32,509 nucleotides of DNA from the sequence record SRR31156797_25125. One strand, written 5' to 3'. The first letter of the stretch is position 1. Every line of letters starts with the position of its first letter. A program made the position numbers and the translations under genes. The notes under the pieces were generated by a model. It made no database searches, had not been told where the DNA came from, and saw only the letters and a program-made list of their open reading frames with translations. Of this stretch, positions 1-10,056 are shown in pieces.

Positions 1-1228
1 AAACAAAGTACGCTTTAGTCGGATGAACCACAATAATGGCTTCCCAAGTAGCATCAGCAAGTTGCCTGATCCGGGTTTCGCTTTCTAACAGGTCATTTTC
101 GGCATTTTTTCTTCGTTTAAAATTAACCAGGAGCCATATGATAGTTGCAAGAAGAGCACAGATAGAGATAAGTACTATCCAAATTTGATATTTATATGCC
201 TGATAAAGAGAAAAAGGGCGATTTGTAATCTGATTGTCTGCAGGTAGTATCGATTCCTCAATTTTAAAGCGGGCGAGTTGAGTATAGTCAAATACATATC
301 TATTACTGCCGTCAAGTATTACGGGTATTGTATCTGGATCGGTCCCTTCAAGAATTTCCTTTCCTACCATGGCCATAGTTTTTCCTTGATCGTAACCACT
401 TAACACCTTGCCGCCTATAATATGATTGCCAATGTTAAATTCTAAAAGGCAATAGATTGGCACCTTGCGCACCTTCGAAAGCTCAGCGCCTGTAACCTCA
501 TAAGTATAATATGCGCCGTCCCGGTCTGAAAAATAACCTCCCAGCAGAACCAAAGTTGTTGGGCTGAGATTGCTTATTTCATCCTGGAGTTCACCCATGG
601 AGAGGTTGGCTGAATGACGAATTTGCACCTTTTGTGATAGATTTTGCAAATCTGCGTTAATATCTTTAGCCCAAGCTCTGCCTGTTTTAAGGTAGTCGTT
701 GATGATGAAAATCTCTGTGGTTTGCGGATGATTTTTAAGTGCGAGCTCGATGGTTTCCCTGGCAGAGGAAACCTCAGCAACCCCAGTGAAACCGGAAAGG
801 TTTTCCAGCTGCTCTTGGTTGAAATCATTTACTCCGCAGAAAGAAACAGGAACACCAGGGAAAAGTGTGTCGCGATAGCGCCGTAAAAAATCATAGCCGT
901 TATTATCTGAAACCAGGATGAGAGAGAGGGGGCTGTTGGTATTTTACTTGAAGGTAATCGTGAAAAACTTGGAAATATTGACGCGGAAAAAAAACTTTGT
1001 ATCCATATTTTCTATATGGAGACAAAGGTTGTTCTTGACCGGTTCAAGCTCGTCTTTCACGCTCTGAACGATATCTTCAACCCAGTTCATCTCTTGGTTG
1101 TAGGAATTGAAACGGAGAATATTTCGTTGTTTGCCGAGGAGTTCAGCAAAAGAGGATAGTTTAAGGCCTGTCAAAACGATTGCCAATGCCAAAGTGACTG
1201 TCAATGTGCACCGGGAAAATATTTTCAT
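1..1228 (-). pseudogene. Disrupted membrane-bound sensor protein (periplasmic ABC-substrate-binding-like sensor domain, TM helix, start of a PAS-like region); runs off the window edge
   Basis: ORF 944-1228 has a signal peptide and NSYNQEMNW..HIENMDTK, then stops at TAA 944-946. The same frame reopens immediately and reads SLILVSDNNGYDFL..PVSFCGVN..GGKVLSGYDQG..YVFDYTQL..TM(IWIVLISICALLATIIWLLV)..ESETRIRQLADATWEAII to position 1. This is typical of the sensor N-terminus of histidine kinases and diguanylate cyclases. Could also be a sequencing error. Confidence 0.7.
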
Positions 1229-1382
1229 CCTTACCCTCTATATACGTAATAGGTATTTGATATGAGAAACCTTTTAGAGTCGAATTGTTGTTGAAAGGGT
1301 ATCAGAGAACTAACAGAATAACAAACTGAAAGAGTTGGTGGATGCAGGGCGCAGCAAGGTTATAATATTTATGATTGCGAAC

Positions 1383-1426
1383 AAACTCAGTCCTTTGCCT
1401 GCTCAAGCAAACAAAGGACTAAGTTT
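1383..1426 (-). terminator. Long stem-loop downstream of the HD-domain gene; probable terminator
   Basis: Inverted repeat aaactcagtcctttg(cctgc)-tcaa-(gcaaa)caaaggactaagttt. On the minus-strand RNA it pairs over about 20 bp using G-U pairs. Confidence 0.5.
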
Positions 1427-1568
1427 ATATCTCTTTTAAACCCGGGGGCTGTGAGCAGAGGGAAGGAAGGTTATAAGTTACTACTGATAAGTATAATGCA
1501 GCAGGGTAGTTCGGTACTTAACTTAACTATCCTGCTCGCCCTGCTTATTAGGATATTGAGGAAATGAA

Positions 1569-2150
1569 TTACACGGTAACATTCCCTTTAAGGCCAATAG
1601 ACTCTGCAACCTCCCGCATACCCATGATGGTATCGTTTATCAGTTCGGCAATTTCCACGCCAAGCATTTGAGCACCGCGTTCGATGATGGAACGATCAAC
1701 ACCTGCTGCAAAGCGTTTATCCTTCCATTTTTTCTTTACCGACTTGGTTTTCATGTCTAATACGCTTTTTGATGGACGAACCAAAGCGCTGGTTGCAACC
1801 AGGCCTGTCAACTCGTCAATGGCGTAGAGGACTTTCTCCATTTCACTTTGCGGTTCAACATCGCTGCATATACCATAGCCATGGCTGATGACAGCACGTA
1901 TGTACTCTTCAGGCCAATCATTTTCCTCTAAAATAATTCTAGTTTGAGTGCAGTGCTGCTCTGGAAATTGTTCATAATCGAGGTCATGGATCAAACCAAC
2001 GATGCCCCATTTTTCTTGGTCAGCACCTCTCTTTTTTGCAAAGTATCGCATTACGCCTTCAACAGCCAGGGCATGCTTAACCAGACTTTCAGATTGATTA
2101 TATTTTTTCAACAGGGCAAAGGCTTCTTCTCTTGTTGGTATTTGTGACAT
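1569..2150 (-). CDS. HD/HDIG-domain metal-dependent phosphohydrolase
   Basis: KHALAVE..GLIHDLDYE (HD motif)..ISHG..AIDELTGL and the C-terminal KKKWKDKRFAAGVDR typical of this widespread family. Confidence 0.9.
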   Translation of the reverse strand: MSQIPTREEAFALLKKYNQSESLVKHALAVEGVMRYFAKKRGADQEKWGIVGLIHDLDYEQFPEQHCTQTRIILEENDWPEEYIRAVISHGYGICSDVEPQSEMEKVLYAIDELTGLVATSALVRPSKSVLDMKTKSVKKKWKDKRFAAGVDRSIIERGAQMLGVEIAELINDTIMGMREVAESIGLKGNVTV

Positions 2151-2377
2151 GGCTGTTTACCTTCAAATAGATGTAAATCGTATAGATGTTTTTTGTAGCT
2201 TTAAAAAACGGCGGGTCGGGATTAATAGTTGCAAGTCAGCAGATTACAAGAGACTCGGCAGCAAATAAACGAAATTCAGCAGTCATGCGTATTCTTTGTA
2301 ACTGCTCAATAAGAACCATACAATGCGGCTGACAGGCCAAAGAGGAATTACTAAGGGCTATTTGCGCAACATTTGTC

Positions 2378-2704
2378 TCATTGTTTTGGATGAAGTTTGA
2401 GGAAAGGTCTTAAGTCATCGATCAACTCTAATAGCGCTTCACTGGCCTGAGATTCCTCAATACTATATTTGTGATCGGAGCCTTCGTAATGGAACTCGTA
2501 AATAACGGAATCGGTGCGCAGAGGATCTTTCTTGGCATTACTCAATGTTGAAAGTTGCTTTTCGGACAATTCGTGCCGCACTTCCTTCGAAATATCCAGG
2601 GGGAGTGTGGATACATCCACACTCCCTTGATAGGAAACACCCATCCCTCCTGAGAATGTAATAAAAAGTATTACCCCGGGGGAAGTGCAATGGAGTATAG
2701 TCAT
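2378..2704 (-). CDS. Emfourin-like protealysin inhibitor
   Basis: About 100 aa, translationally coupled (ATGA overlap at 2701-2704) to an M4 protealysin-like gene. Has a FITFSGGMG motif and D..IYEF, resembling the emfourin SGG motif and D..xY strand. Confidence 0.7.
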   Translation of the reverse strand: MTILHCTSPGVILFITFSGGMGVSYQGSVDVSTLPLDISKEVRHELSEKQLSTLSNAKKDPLRTDSVIYEFHYEGSDHKYSIEESQASEALLELIDDLRPFLKLHPKQ

Positions 2705-3765
2705 ACTGAAAGACCGACGAGTTTCCAGGCTCGTCTCGTATACATTACTTCGAGACTTCCATTTCCAAATCGTTCTCTCGCCATTTCAACGGTCTTATCA
2801 GCCCAGTCATTAAAAGTTGCGTTGGGATTATTTATTGCCTGCATGGTGTCGTACCAGATATGACCAGCCTTCTCCCAAGAATTTCCACCAAGATACTGGG
2901 CCAAGAGAAAAAAGGCGTGATTCGGAATCCCAGAATTTATGTGTACCCCGCCGTTATCATTTGAAGTGTTAACATATAAATCCATATGATAGGGTTGCGG
3001 ATCTTTTCCAAGTATCTGGTCGTCATAGGCTCCTCCTGGAAATTTCATAGACCGTAATGCAACTCCTTTGATATTTGGTCCCAATATATCTTTACCTATC
3101 AACCAGTCGGCGTCACAAGCACTTTGTTTGAGTGCATGTTGGACTGTTAGGGCTCCAAAAACATCTGCAAAACTTTCATTCAATGCTCCTGATTGGTCAC
3201 GATAGACCAATCCACCTGAAAACTGGACGACCCCGTGCGAGAGTTCATGACCAACGATGCTGAGTTCTGTCATATTTGTGAAAATCACACCATCACCATC
3301 GCCATAGGCCATTTGCTTTCCATTCCAAAAAGCATTGTTATAATTTTTACGGTGATGCACAGTCGATACGAGTGTCATCCCCTTGCCGTCTAAAGAATTA
3401 CGCCGATAACGTTTAAGGTAAAGATCGTAGACACTGCCAGCACCGTCATAAGCGGCATTCACAGCCTTGTCTTTGGTTGGAGGGTCACCTTCGTTACGCA
3501 CCAGTTCACCTGGCAGGCCGGCCTTGTTGAGGCCATTATAAACCTCACGATTTACTTTTGGTTTTTGACCTGCAGCCAACATAGGTGCCGCCATAAATGA
3601 TTGAGATGGTGCTTCATCAACCCTGTTTTGGCGATATGATTCGGCATGCTTTACAAGATTCGAGACCCTATTGCGCATTTTCTTGTCACCGCGCATTTTT
3701 ATGGCCTCGACCATGTGGGGAGGCAGAATACATTGTATGGAATGAATATGATTTGAAGTACACAT
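2701..3765 (-). CDS. Protealysin-like M4 (thermolysin family) zinc metalloprotease
   Basis: Short propeptide with CILPPHM, NNAFWNG, HELSH (HExxH), GALNESFAD (third Zn ligand), DNGGVHINSGIPN. No signal peptide. ATG 3765 has a GAGGA RBS; the ORF extends to 3780. Confidence 0.95.
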   Translation of the reverse strand: MCTSNHIHSIQCILPPHMVEAIKMRGDKKMRNRVSNLVKHAESYRQNRVDEAPSQSFMAAPMLAAGQKPKVNREVYNGLNKAGLPGELVRNEGDPPTKDKAVNAAYDGAGSVYDLYLKRYRRNSLDGKGMTLVSTVHHRKNYNNAFWNGKQMAYGDGDGVIFTNMTELSIVGHELSHGVVQFSGGLVYRDQSGALNESFADVFGALTVQHALKQSACDADWLIGKDILGPNIKGVALRSMKFPGGAYDDQILGKDPQPYHMDLYVNTSNDNGGVHINSGIPNHAFFLLAQYLGGNSWEKAGHIWYDTMQAINNPNATFNDWADKTVEMARERFGNGSLEVMYTRRAWKLVGLSV

Positions 3766-4120
3766 AATGGAGATCCTCATGATTTTGTGAGCAATTACCG
3801 CTGAAATTCACGATTAATGTTATGTGACCTTATTTTTTACTTCTCCCTCCTCTGCACTTTTTTATTGAAGCAGTGACCTACTGTATTTTTTTAATAGTTT
3901 CAGAAAAAAAGCCGGACTACCTTTTTTCAAGGCAGCTCGGCTATCTTCAAAGACCCGCAGCTTTCCGCACCTACATTTCGACAGGCTTGGCTTTATCTTG
4001 TGATATTATAATTTTTTATGAGTATACAATTGTTTTCCGCTTAGTTGTTGTCAAGCGAAAACCATCGATTTTTTAAACCTATAAGTCACCCCATGCAAAC
4101 AATTGAATGCCAGAGTGTTG

Positions 4121-4136
4121 CAATGACATGTCATTG
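4121..4136. promoter_or_regulatory. Perfect 16-bp palindrome, candidate transcription-factor operator
   Basis: CAATGACATGTCATTG in the divergent intergenic region between the protease operon and a small membrane protein. Confidence 0.4.
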
Positions 4137-4437
4137 TGAATAAGTTTCTACCAATAATTTTTATCAAAAGTATGTATCCATCATTTTTCTTGAAAGTGGC
4201 AGCGTGACTTTAGAGAAAATAAAATTTTTAACCTCAAACGGGCCCACCTCGGAAATTACCATGCCGTGTTTCCTGCAAACTCAGTACTTTTATTTCTTTC
4301 CTGTTGGTCGAAGAGCGCTAATACGCTAGTGTGTTATTTTGATAATCGAGTGTTTGAATTACGCTACACTGAAATTTGAAGGGTGGGCGAATCTTTTTTG
4401 CGATTGTCCGCATATGATTTTTTTTGCAGGAGAGCAC

Positions 4438-4656
4438 ATGCTGCGTTTTATAGACGATTTATTGCTGAAAGTTACGGATAGAGTCCCCGAAAAATGGAGC
4501 GGACCAGCCATGATTATATCATTTCTAGTTATTTTAAATATAGCTGATTACCTTGTACCTGATGCTAAAACGTACGGGGTTATTGGCGCCGTTTTTCTCG
4601 TTTTTTGGATGTTTCTTGGAATGCGGTTGGCAGAAGCGTACAGACGCAGGAAGTAG
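4438..4656 (+). CDS. Small hypothetical membrane protein (2 TM)
   Basis: AGGAGA RBS before ATG 4438, two hydrophobic segments and a basic C-terminus (YRRRK). Confidence 0.65.
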   Translation: MLRFIDDLLLKVTDRVPEKWSGPAMIISFLVILNIADYLVPDAKTYGVIGAVFLVFWMFLGMRLAEAYRRRK

Positions 4657-4662
4657 GTGTGA

Positions 4663-5514
4663 TCAGGTACTTCGTGCATAAATAAATAGACCGGCAGAAC
4701 ATCCTGCTATTCCAATAACTTCGCGTAAAACAAGGGCTTCTCCCAAAAAAAACCATGCGAAGAGTGCTGTTATAACTGGGACAAAGGACATGTATAAAGA
4801 TACTGTAATGGTGCCAAGGTAACGAAGCGCATATGACACGCACATGAGAGCAATTACATTGACGATTATCCCCTGATATACAGCCTGAGTGATGATATCT
4901 GAAGCGGCACTTTGAAAAAGATTAGATGGTAGCAGAAACCACAATGGCACAAATAAAAGCACATTGGATACCGCAACGGTGACAATGGTATCCTGCCAGG
5001 TAAATCCCCATTTTTTAACACCGGCCATGTGCATTGTATAAACAGAAGCCGCACCAAGGAGGAGTGAAATTCCTAGAACATGGTCACTTGCCAACAGGTC
5101 AGAGCCTGCCATGGTAATGTTAGCAAGGAAAATAATGATAATAGCCAGCCATCTGCGAGAGGAAATTTTCTGGGTGAAAATATAGTAGGCGACCACAGCT
5201 CCCAATACCGGGAGCATGCCGTTTACCAGTACTCCTGCTTGAGCAGCTTTAATCTGCTGCAGTCCGTAAAATGAAAAAAGAGTATAAGGAAAGCCAACCC
5301 CAAGGCCGATTATAAGGTATTGATAGAGTCGAAATTTACCCCATTGATGTTTCACTATAAGAGGGATGATGGTGATAAAAGCGGCGCAATAACGAAGCAG
5401 GGTAATGTCAGCCGGCTGCAGAGATGTATGCACTCCGTGACGAGAAATAGTTATCCATCCTGACCAGATAAAAACAACAAGTAGAGCAGCGTAATAGGGT
5501 CTTATAGATTGCAT
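4663..5514 (-). CDS. DMT/EamA family transporter
   Basis: About 10 hydrophobic helices in two repeats, with IWSGW..LRY and PVITALFAWFFLGE motifs. Confidence 0.9.
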   Translation of the reverse strand: MQSIRPYYAALLVVFIWSGWITISRHGVHTSLQPADITLLRYCAAFITIIPLIVKHQWGKFRLYQYLIIGLGVGFPYTLFSFYGLQQIKAAQAGVLVNGMLPVLGAVVAYYIFTQKISSRRWLAIIIIFLANITMAGSDLLASDHVLGISLLLGAASVYTMHMAGVKKWGFTWQDTIVTVAVSNVLLFVPLWFLLPSNLFQSAASDIITQAVYQGIIVNVIALMCVSYALRYLGTITVSLYMSFVPVITALFAWFFLGEALVLREVIGIAGCSAGLFIYARST

Positions 5515-5640
5515 GGGTACCTTTTTACAGAGGGAAAGGTGCTGCGGAGACAGGAGGTAATCAGGACGTCAGAGGCAAGTAACCTGTAAGGGGAAATATA
5601 TTTGTCTGTTCTTTACCTTATACTCGGGTAAGGATCATTA

Positions 5641-6141
5641 CTAAGGCTGTTCTGTCCCGTTGAATTTTGTAAGCATCCGTCGGTAAACGGTTGGCGGGAC
5701 ATATTCTTGAATAATTTCTTCCCACCCATCAGCACCAACCAACCCTTTAACAAGACTTGAGCTCACTTCAACCAGATGTCTAGGGGACATCATAAACAGG
5801 GTTTGAATAGTCCCATTCATGTTGCTGTTCACATAGCGCATACCACGCTCGTAGGTGTAATCACCCTCGTTACGAATCCCTCTGAAAATATAATCTGCAT
5901 TTACAGATTCAGCATATTTTACCAGAAATTTGTTTTCGATGGTTACGACTTTAACATTTTCCTGGTTTATGCAGAGATCTTCGATCATTTCAACCCTTTC
6001 TTGAAGGGTAAAAGAGTATTTTTTATGCGCATTTTCACCAACAGCGATGAAAAAAGTATCAAAAAGTTTGACTCCTTGTTTGAACATCCAGAGATGTCCA
6101 TTGGTTGGCGGGTCATAACTTCCGGCGTAAATACCTATCAT
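5641..6141 (-). CDS. coaD: Pantetheine-phosphate adenylyltransferase
   Basis: IYAGSYDPPTNGH (HxGH-like), RGIRNEGDYTYE, VSSSLVK. Confidence 0.93.
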   Translation of the reverse strand: MIGIYAGSYDPPTNGHLWMFKQGVKLFDTFFIAVGENAHKKYSFTLQERVEMIEDLCINQENVKVVTIENKFLVKYAESVNADYIFRGIRNEGDYTYERGMRYVNSNMNGTIQTLFMMSPRHLVEVSSSLVKGLVGADGWEEIIQEYVPPTVYRRMLTKFNGTEQP

Positions 6142-6408
6142 GATAAGTGGGTAGGCTGATTAATAAAATGGACTTTTAGTTCCGTAAATACCGTTGCTTC
6201 AGATGAAAAGCGAACCTACTCAGTGTTTTTAAAACTGTCAATCGATAATAAAGCCTTTCAGTGACTTCTCCCGCTTAGATTTTTTGACAACTGTAATTGT
6301 AAATCATACAATTAAGCAAGGACTTGATTTTTTTCTAACCGTCTTAAATATAAAGCTAAAGCATCTTGCAGCGGTTTTTCTTTTATTGCATGACTGCGGA
6401 TAGTCTTT

Positions 6409-6603
6409 ATGACTAGACCAGAATACCTCAAAGACGATTATGTTTTTTTCCTTGATGAGTTGATGGCATCCGGCCATATGACTTCTTTTAAGGTTAGTCA
6501 GATTTTTATGCACAGGTTTCCCTTTTTGAGTTATGAGGAGATCAATAATATAGTAACCTACTGGATCTATACCTATAATGATCGGCACATCGTAGAAGAA
6601 TAG
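6409..6603 (+). CDS. Small hypothetical protein (64 aa)
   Basis: ATG start, amphipathic helical sequence (FLDELMASG..YEEINNIVTYW), sits in a gap between two genes. Confidence 0.5.
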   Translation: MTRPEYLKDDYVFFLDELMASGHMTSFKVSQIFMHRFPFLSYEEINNIVTYWIYTYNDRHIVEE

Positions 6604-6899
6604 GCAACTAGCGTTGTGACGGCTGATGTTATTTGTTTTCGGTAATATTTTCACTGTGTGCTTACCACTTCTCGCTCTTCTTTTTTTCCTTAGCAGCTAC
6701 TATTTCATTTCTAAACGACTGTAGACTTCCATGGCAGGATGCGCTTGATTTTACTTCTCCAAAGGAGATTGCATGAATAAAAGCTATAAGGTATACAGCC
6801 GGAAAGAGTGTCAAGTTTGATAAAGAGAATTTGTATCTAAAAAAATGGCATTGCACAATTCTTCCAACAGGATGGATAAAAATATTTGGAAACGTGAAA

Positions 6900-7562
6900 A
6901 TGAGAATAAGCTCTGCACTTAGTATCTGTTTGCTCGTGGCGCTTTCTTTTGCATGCACGCCTGTCTCTTCGCACCTTGAAAAAACTCAGGAACCATTGGT
7001 TGAGATTCTTAAGGAAACGAAAAAGGTAGAACAGGAAAGTGAAAGTACTCAAGAAATCGTCGTTATAGATGGTAACGAATACCAAGTCCCAGATCTGTGG
7101 CAGGGACGTAAAATTATTGCCCCCTCTTTATCGTTTCCAGAGTTAACCAGGATCCCCGAAACTCTCTCCTACAAACAAAGCAAACTGTTTATGCTGGATG
7201 CTGCCAACCAGGCGCTGCAAGAAATGGCTAAAGAGGCGAACAGGGATCAGGTACAATTGCTTGTCCACTCATCGTATCGGTCGGTATGGTTTCAGCGGAA
7301 AATTTTTATGCGGCGTTTTCAACAAGGACATGATTTCGAAGAGGTTGTTCGTTCTGTTGCCCCACCTGGATATTCTGAACACGCACTCGGAACGGTCGTC
7401 GATTTTTATCCAAGCGACTGGCGGTTTGCCGACACACAGGCATACGCATGGTTGAAAAAAAACGGATCACGATATCATTTTTTTGAAAGCTATCCGGAAT
7501 ATGGTGAACAAGGATTGGCCTGGGAAGCTTGGCATTGGCGGTGGATTCCACCAGGAAGTTGA
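6900..7562 (+). CDS. M15B (VanY-like) D-Ala-D-Ala carboxypeptidase, probable lipoprotein
   Basis: Lipobox LSFAC, SSYRS..Q, APPGYSEHALGTVVD (SxHxxGxxxD), WEAWHWRW. ATG 6900 preferred over TTG 6831. Confidence 0.9.
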   Translation: MRISSALSICLLVALSFACTPVSSHLEKTQEPLVEILKETKKVEQESESTQEIVVIDGNEYQVPDLWQGRKIIAPSLSFPELTRIPETLSYKQSKLFMLDAANQALQEMAKEANRDQVQLLVHSSYRSVWFQRKIFMRRFQQGHDFEEVVRSVAPPGYSEHALGTVVDFYPSDWRFADTQAYAWLKKNGSRYHFFESYPEYGEQGLAWEAWHWRWIPPGS

Positions 7563-7709
7563 TAGTAGCTTTTAAGGCCCATAGACGCTTGACTTCATGT
7601 TGGAATTTTCATATAGACTGCAGGCAGGGGTGGTTGCGTGTGACGTCACCTCAACGTCTTGCTCTTCTAATTAACAGACGCGTCAGCTAAAAATCCTAAT
7701 GAGGTACAC

Positions 7710-8519
7710 ATGAGCGAATTTTCTAGAAAGGCAGCTGAGAATTTATCCAAAATACGTGAACGTAAGCCTCTTATTCATAATATTACCAATTTTGTGGTCA
7801 TGAACTATACCGCAAACGTGCTGCTTGCGACAGGGGCTTCTCCTGTGATGGCACATGCAGAGCATGAAGTCGAAGACATGGTCGCCTTTGCGGGTTCGTT
7901 GGTGCTCAATATAGGCACACTGACTGATAAATGGGTAGCATCCATGATTAAGGCTGGTAAAAAGGCCACTAAACTCAATACTCCTATTATCTTGGATCCG
8001 GTTGGAGCGGGAGCAACCCCTTTTAGAACAGCTACTGCCAAGGAAATCCTTCAGGAAACCTCGGTTAATGTGGTACGGGGTAACGCCTCAGAAATCCTTG
8101 CGTTACGAAACTCCCAGTCGGTTGTAACCAAGGGGGTTGACAGTCTGCATAGTGTAGAAGAAGTTGCAGCCACTGCCGCCTTACTTGCCCAGGAGTTGGA
8201 AACAACACTTGCCGTTACCGGACCTGTTGATCTGGTCACAGACGGGGATCGTGTTATCCACATATCCAACGGACATTCGCTTATGCCGTTTGTTACCGGA
8301 ACAGGTTGCTCTGCTACTGCTGTAGTCGGTGCCTTTGCAGCAGTGGATCCGGATCCAGTTTCAGCAGCAGCATCGGCTTTGGTTTTTTTCGGTCTGGCCG
8401 GGGAGAAGGCCGGGGAAACAGCGGGTGGACCGGGATCGTTTATGACACTGCTGCTTGATAAATTGTACACGATGACTCCTGAAGAGCTAGAATTAGGTGG
8501 GCGGATTGAAGAAGGGTAA
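7710..8519 (+). CDS. thiM: Hydroxyethylthiazole kinase
   Basis: PLIHNITNFVVMNYTAN, LNIGTL, LDPVGAGA, RGNASEI, VTGTGC; GAGG RBS. Confidence 0.97.
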   Translation: MSEFSRKAAENLSKIRERKPLIHNITNFVVMNYTANVLLATGASPVMAHAEHEVEDMVAFAGSLVLNIGTLTDKWVASMIKAGKKATKLNTPIILDPVGAGATPFRTATAKEILQETSVNVVRGNASEILALRNSQSVVTKGVDSLHSVEEVAATAALLAQELETTLAVTGPVDLVTDGDRVIHISNGHSLMPFVTGTGCSATAVVGAFAAVDPDPVSAAASALVFFGLAGEKAGETAGGPGSFMTLLLDKLYTMTPEELELGGRIEEG

Positions 8520-9150
8520 TACCTGTCGTCTGGATTATTCTCTTTATCTGGTAACAGATCGCAGCCTTGCCAAAGGACGGACTTCTGAAACGATTGTTCG
8601 GGCGGCAATCCGTGGTGGTGTCTCTTGTGTTCAGCTTCGCGAAAAAACGTGTTCAACCCGTGATTTTCTTGAAGAAGCACACATCCTGAAAACTGTCCTA
8701 GAGCCACACATGGTCCCTCTGATCATCAATGACCGTATCGATATTGCTCTTGCCGTTGGTGCTGAAGGGGTCCATCTTGGCCAAAGTGATATGCCTATCA
8801 GCTATGCCCGAAAGATCGTCGGTGACAATATGATTGTCGGCATTTCAGTAGAAAGTGTAGATGATGCAGTTGTCGCCGAGGAGCAGGGAGCCGACTATAT
8901 AGGAATCAGTCCAGTTTTTACTACTGCCACAAAGGCTGATATTGCAACTCCTTTAGGCCTGGAAGGAGTGCGTCAAATCCGTGAAGCTGTTAGCCTGCCG
9001 CTGGTTGGTATTGGCGGCATCAATGCCAATAATGGGCACCTCGTTTTTCAGGCCGGGGCTGATGGAATTGCTGTAGTATCTGCTATTGTTTCTGCCGATT
9101 GCCCTGAGTCGGCAACAGTCGAACTGAAAAACACCATTAATCAAGGGTAA
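8497..9150 (+). CDS. thiE: Thiamine-phosphate synthase
   Basis: LYLVTDR, VQLREK, LIINDRIDIA, GVHLGQSD, PVFTTATK, GIGGIN; exact start uncertain. Confidence 0.97.
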   Translation: MGGLKKGNTCRLDYSLYLVTDRSLAKGRTSETIVRAAIRGGVSCVQLREKTCSTRDFLEEAHILKTVLEPHMVPLIINDRIDIALAVGAEGVHLGQSDMPISYARKIVGDNMIVGISVESVDDAVVAEEQGADYIGISPVFTTATKADIATPLGLEGVRQIREAVSLPLVGIGGINANNGHLVFQAGADGIAVVSAIVSADCPESATVELKNTINQG

Positions 9151-9206
9151 GCCCAAGAGCATTTTATCCTTTTCTTCCTTATTTTTATATATTTCCCCTT
9201 ACTATT

Positions 9207-10028
9207 ATGAATGAAGAGACCTTAAAAAAATATCACCGTGTTTTAACCATCGCAGGATCCGATAGCGGCGGGGGAGCAGGAATTCAAGCTGATTTGAAAA
9301 CTATTGCAGCCAACGGCTGTTATGGGCTGAGTGTTATTACGGCGCTTACCGCACAAAATACCATCGGTGTAAGCGGCATTCATCCGGTTCCGGTTGCATT
9401 TGTTCAGCAGCAACTGGAGGCAGTACTATCCGACATCGGGACAGATGCTATAAAAATCGGTATGCTTTTTTCTCCTGAATTAATTCTTACTATTGCCCAG
9501 GTCCTGGATACTTTTCAGGTTACCAATATTGTGTTGGATCCGGTAATGGTAGCCACCAGCGGAGACAAATTGCTCCAGGATGACGCTATTAATGCATTGA
9601 AAACCACCTTGATTCCAAGGGCAGATATCATTACCCCAAACCTTCCGGAAGCCTCTGTCCTTCTTGGCCGTGAAATAAACAACCTGGATATGCTCAACCA
9701 GGCTGCAAGAGACCTCTGTCAACTTGGCTGTAAAAATGTCTTGATTAAAGGCGGACACCTTGAAGGACAGGAGAGCGACGACTGTCTGTATTTAAGCGAG
9801 ACAGATGAAATGTTTTTATTACCCGGCCGACGGATTGCCACAAAAAACACCCACGGTACAGGCTGTACGTTATCCTCCGCTATTGCTGCCAATATTGCTC
9901 GAGGCTTTGTGGTTGAAGAAGCGGTTAAAAAAGCGAAAGAATACGTTCACGGCGCTATTGCTGCAGGTGCAGACTACTTGATTGGACAGGGACACGGTCC
10001 GGTCCACCATTTTTATAAGTTCCATTGA
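9207..10028 (+). CDS. thiD: Hydroxymethylpyrimidine/phosphomethylpyrimidine kinase
   Basis: LTIAGSDSGGGAGIQADLKT, TAQNT, LDPVMVATSG, NTHGTGCTLSSA, GHGPVHH. Confidence 0.97.
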   Translation: MNEETLKKYHRVLTIAGSDSGGGAGIQADLKTIAANGCYGLSVITALTAQNTIGVSGIHPVPVAFVQQQLEAVLSDIGTDAIKIGMLFSPELILTIAQVLDTFQVTNIVLDPVMVATSGDKLLQDDAINALKTTLIPRADIITPNLPEASVLLGREINNLDMLNQAARDLCQLGCKNVLIKGGHLEGQESDDCLYLSETDEMFLLPGRRIATKNTHGTGCTLSSAIAANIARGFVVEEAVKKAKEYVHGAIAAGADYLIGQGHGPVHHFYKFH

Positions 10029-10056
10029 AGTCCGTATTGCTGATTGGCATGCTATA

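Noticed and set aside
1-30. Possible insertion-sequence end where the sensor's PAS-like sequence seems to diverge (minus strand GGTTCATCCGACTAAAG...)
   Set aside because: Only about 30 nt are visible, the frame stays open, and there is no transposase or partner repeat in the window.
6900-7562. Vancomycin resistance gene vanY
   Set aside because: No other van genes are present. M15B carboxypeptidases are common housekeeping enzymes.
8051-8707. 218-aa minus-strand ORF, and the other short ORFs overlapping assigned genes (e.g. 10133-10600, 22687-23181, 5776-6159)
   Set aside because: They are antisense or alternate-frame shadows of well-supported genes, with no recognisable motifs.
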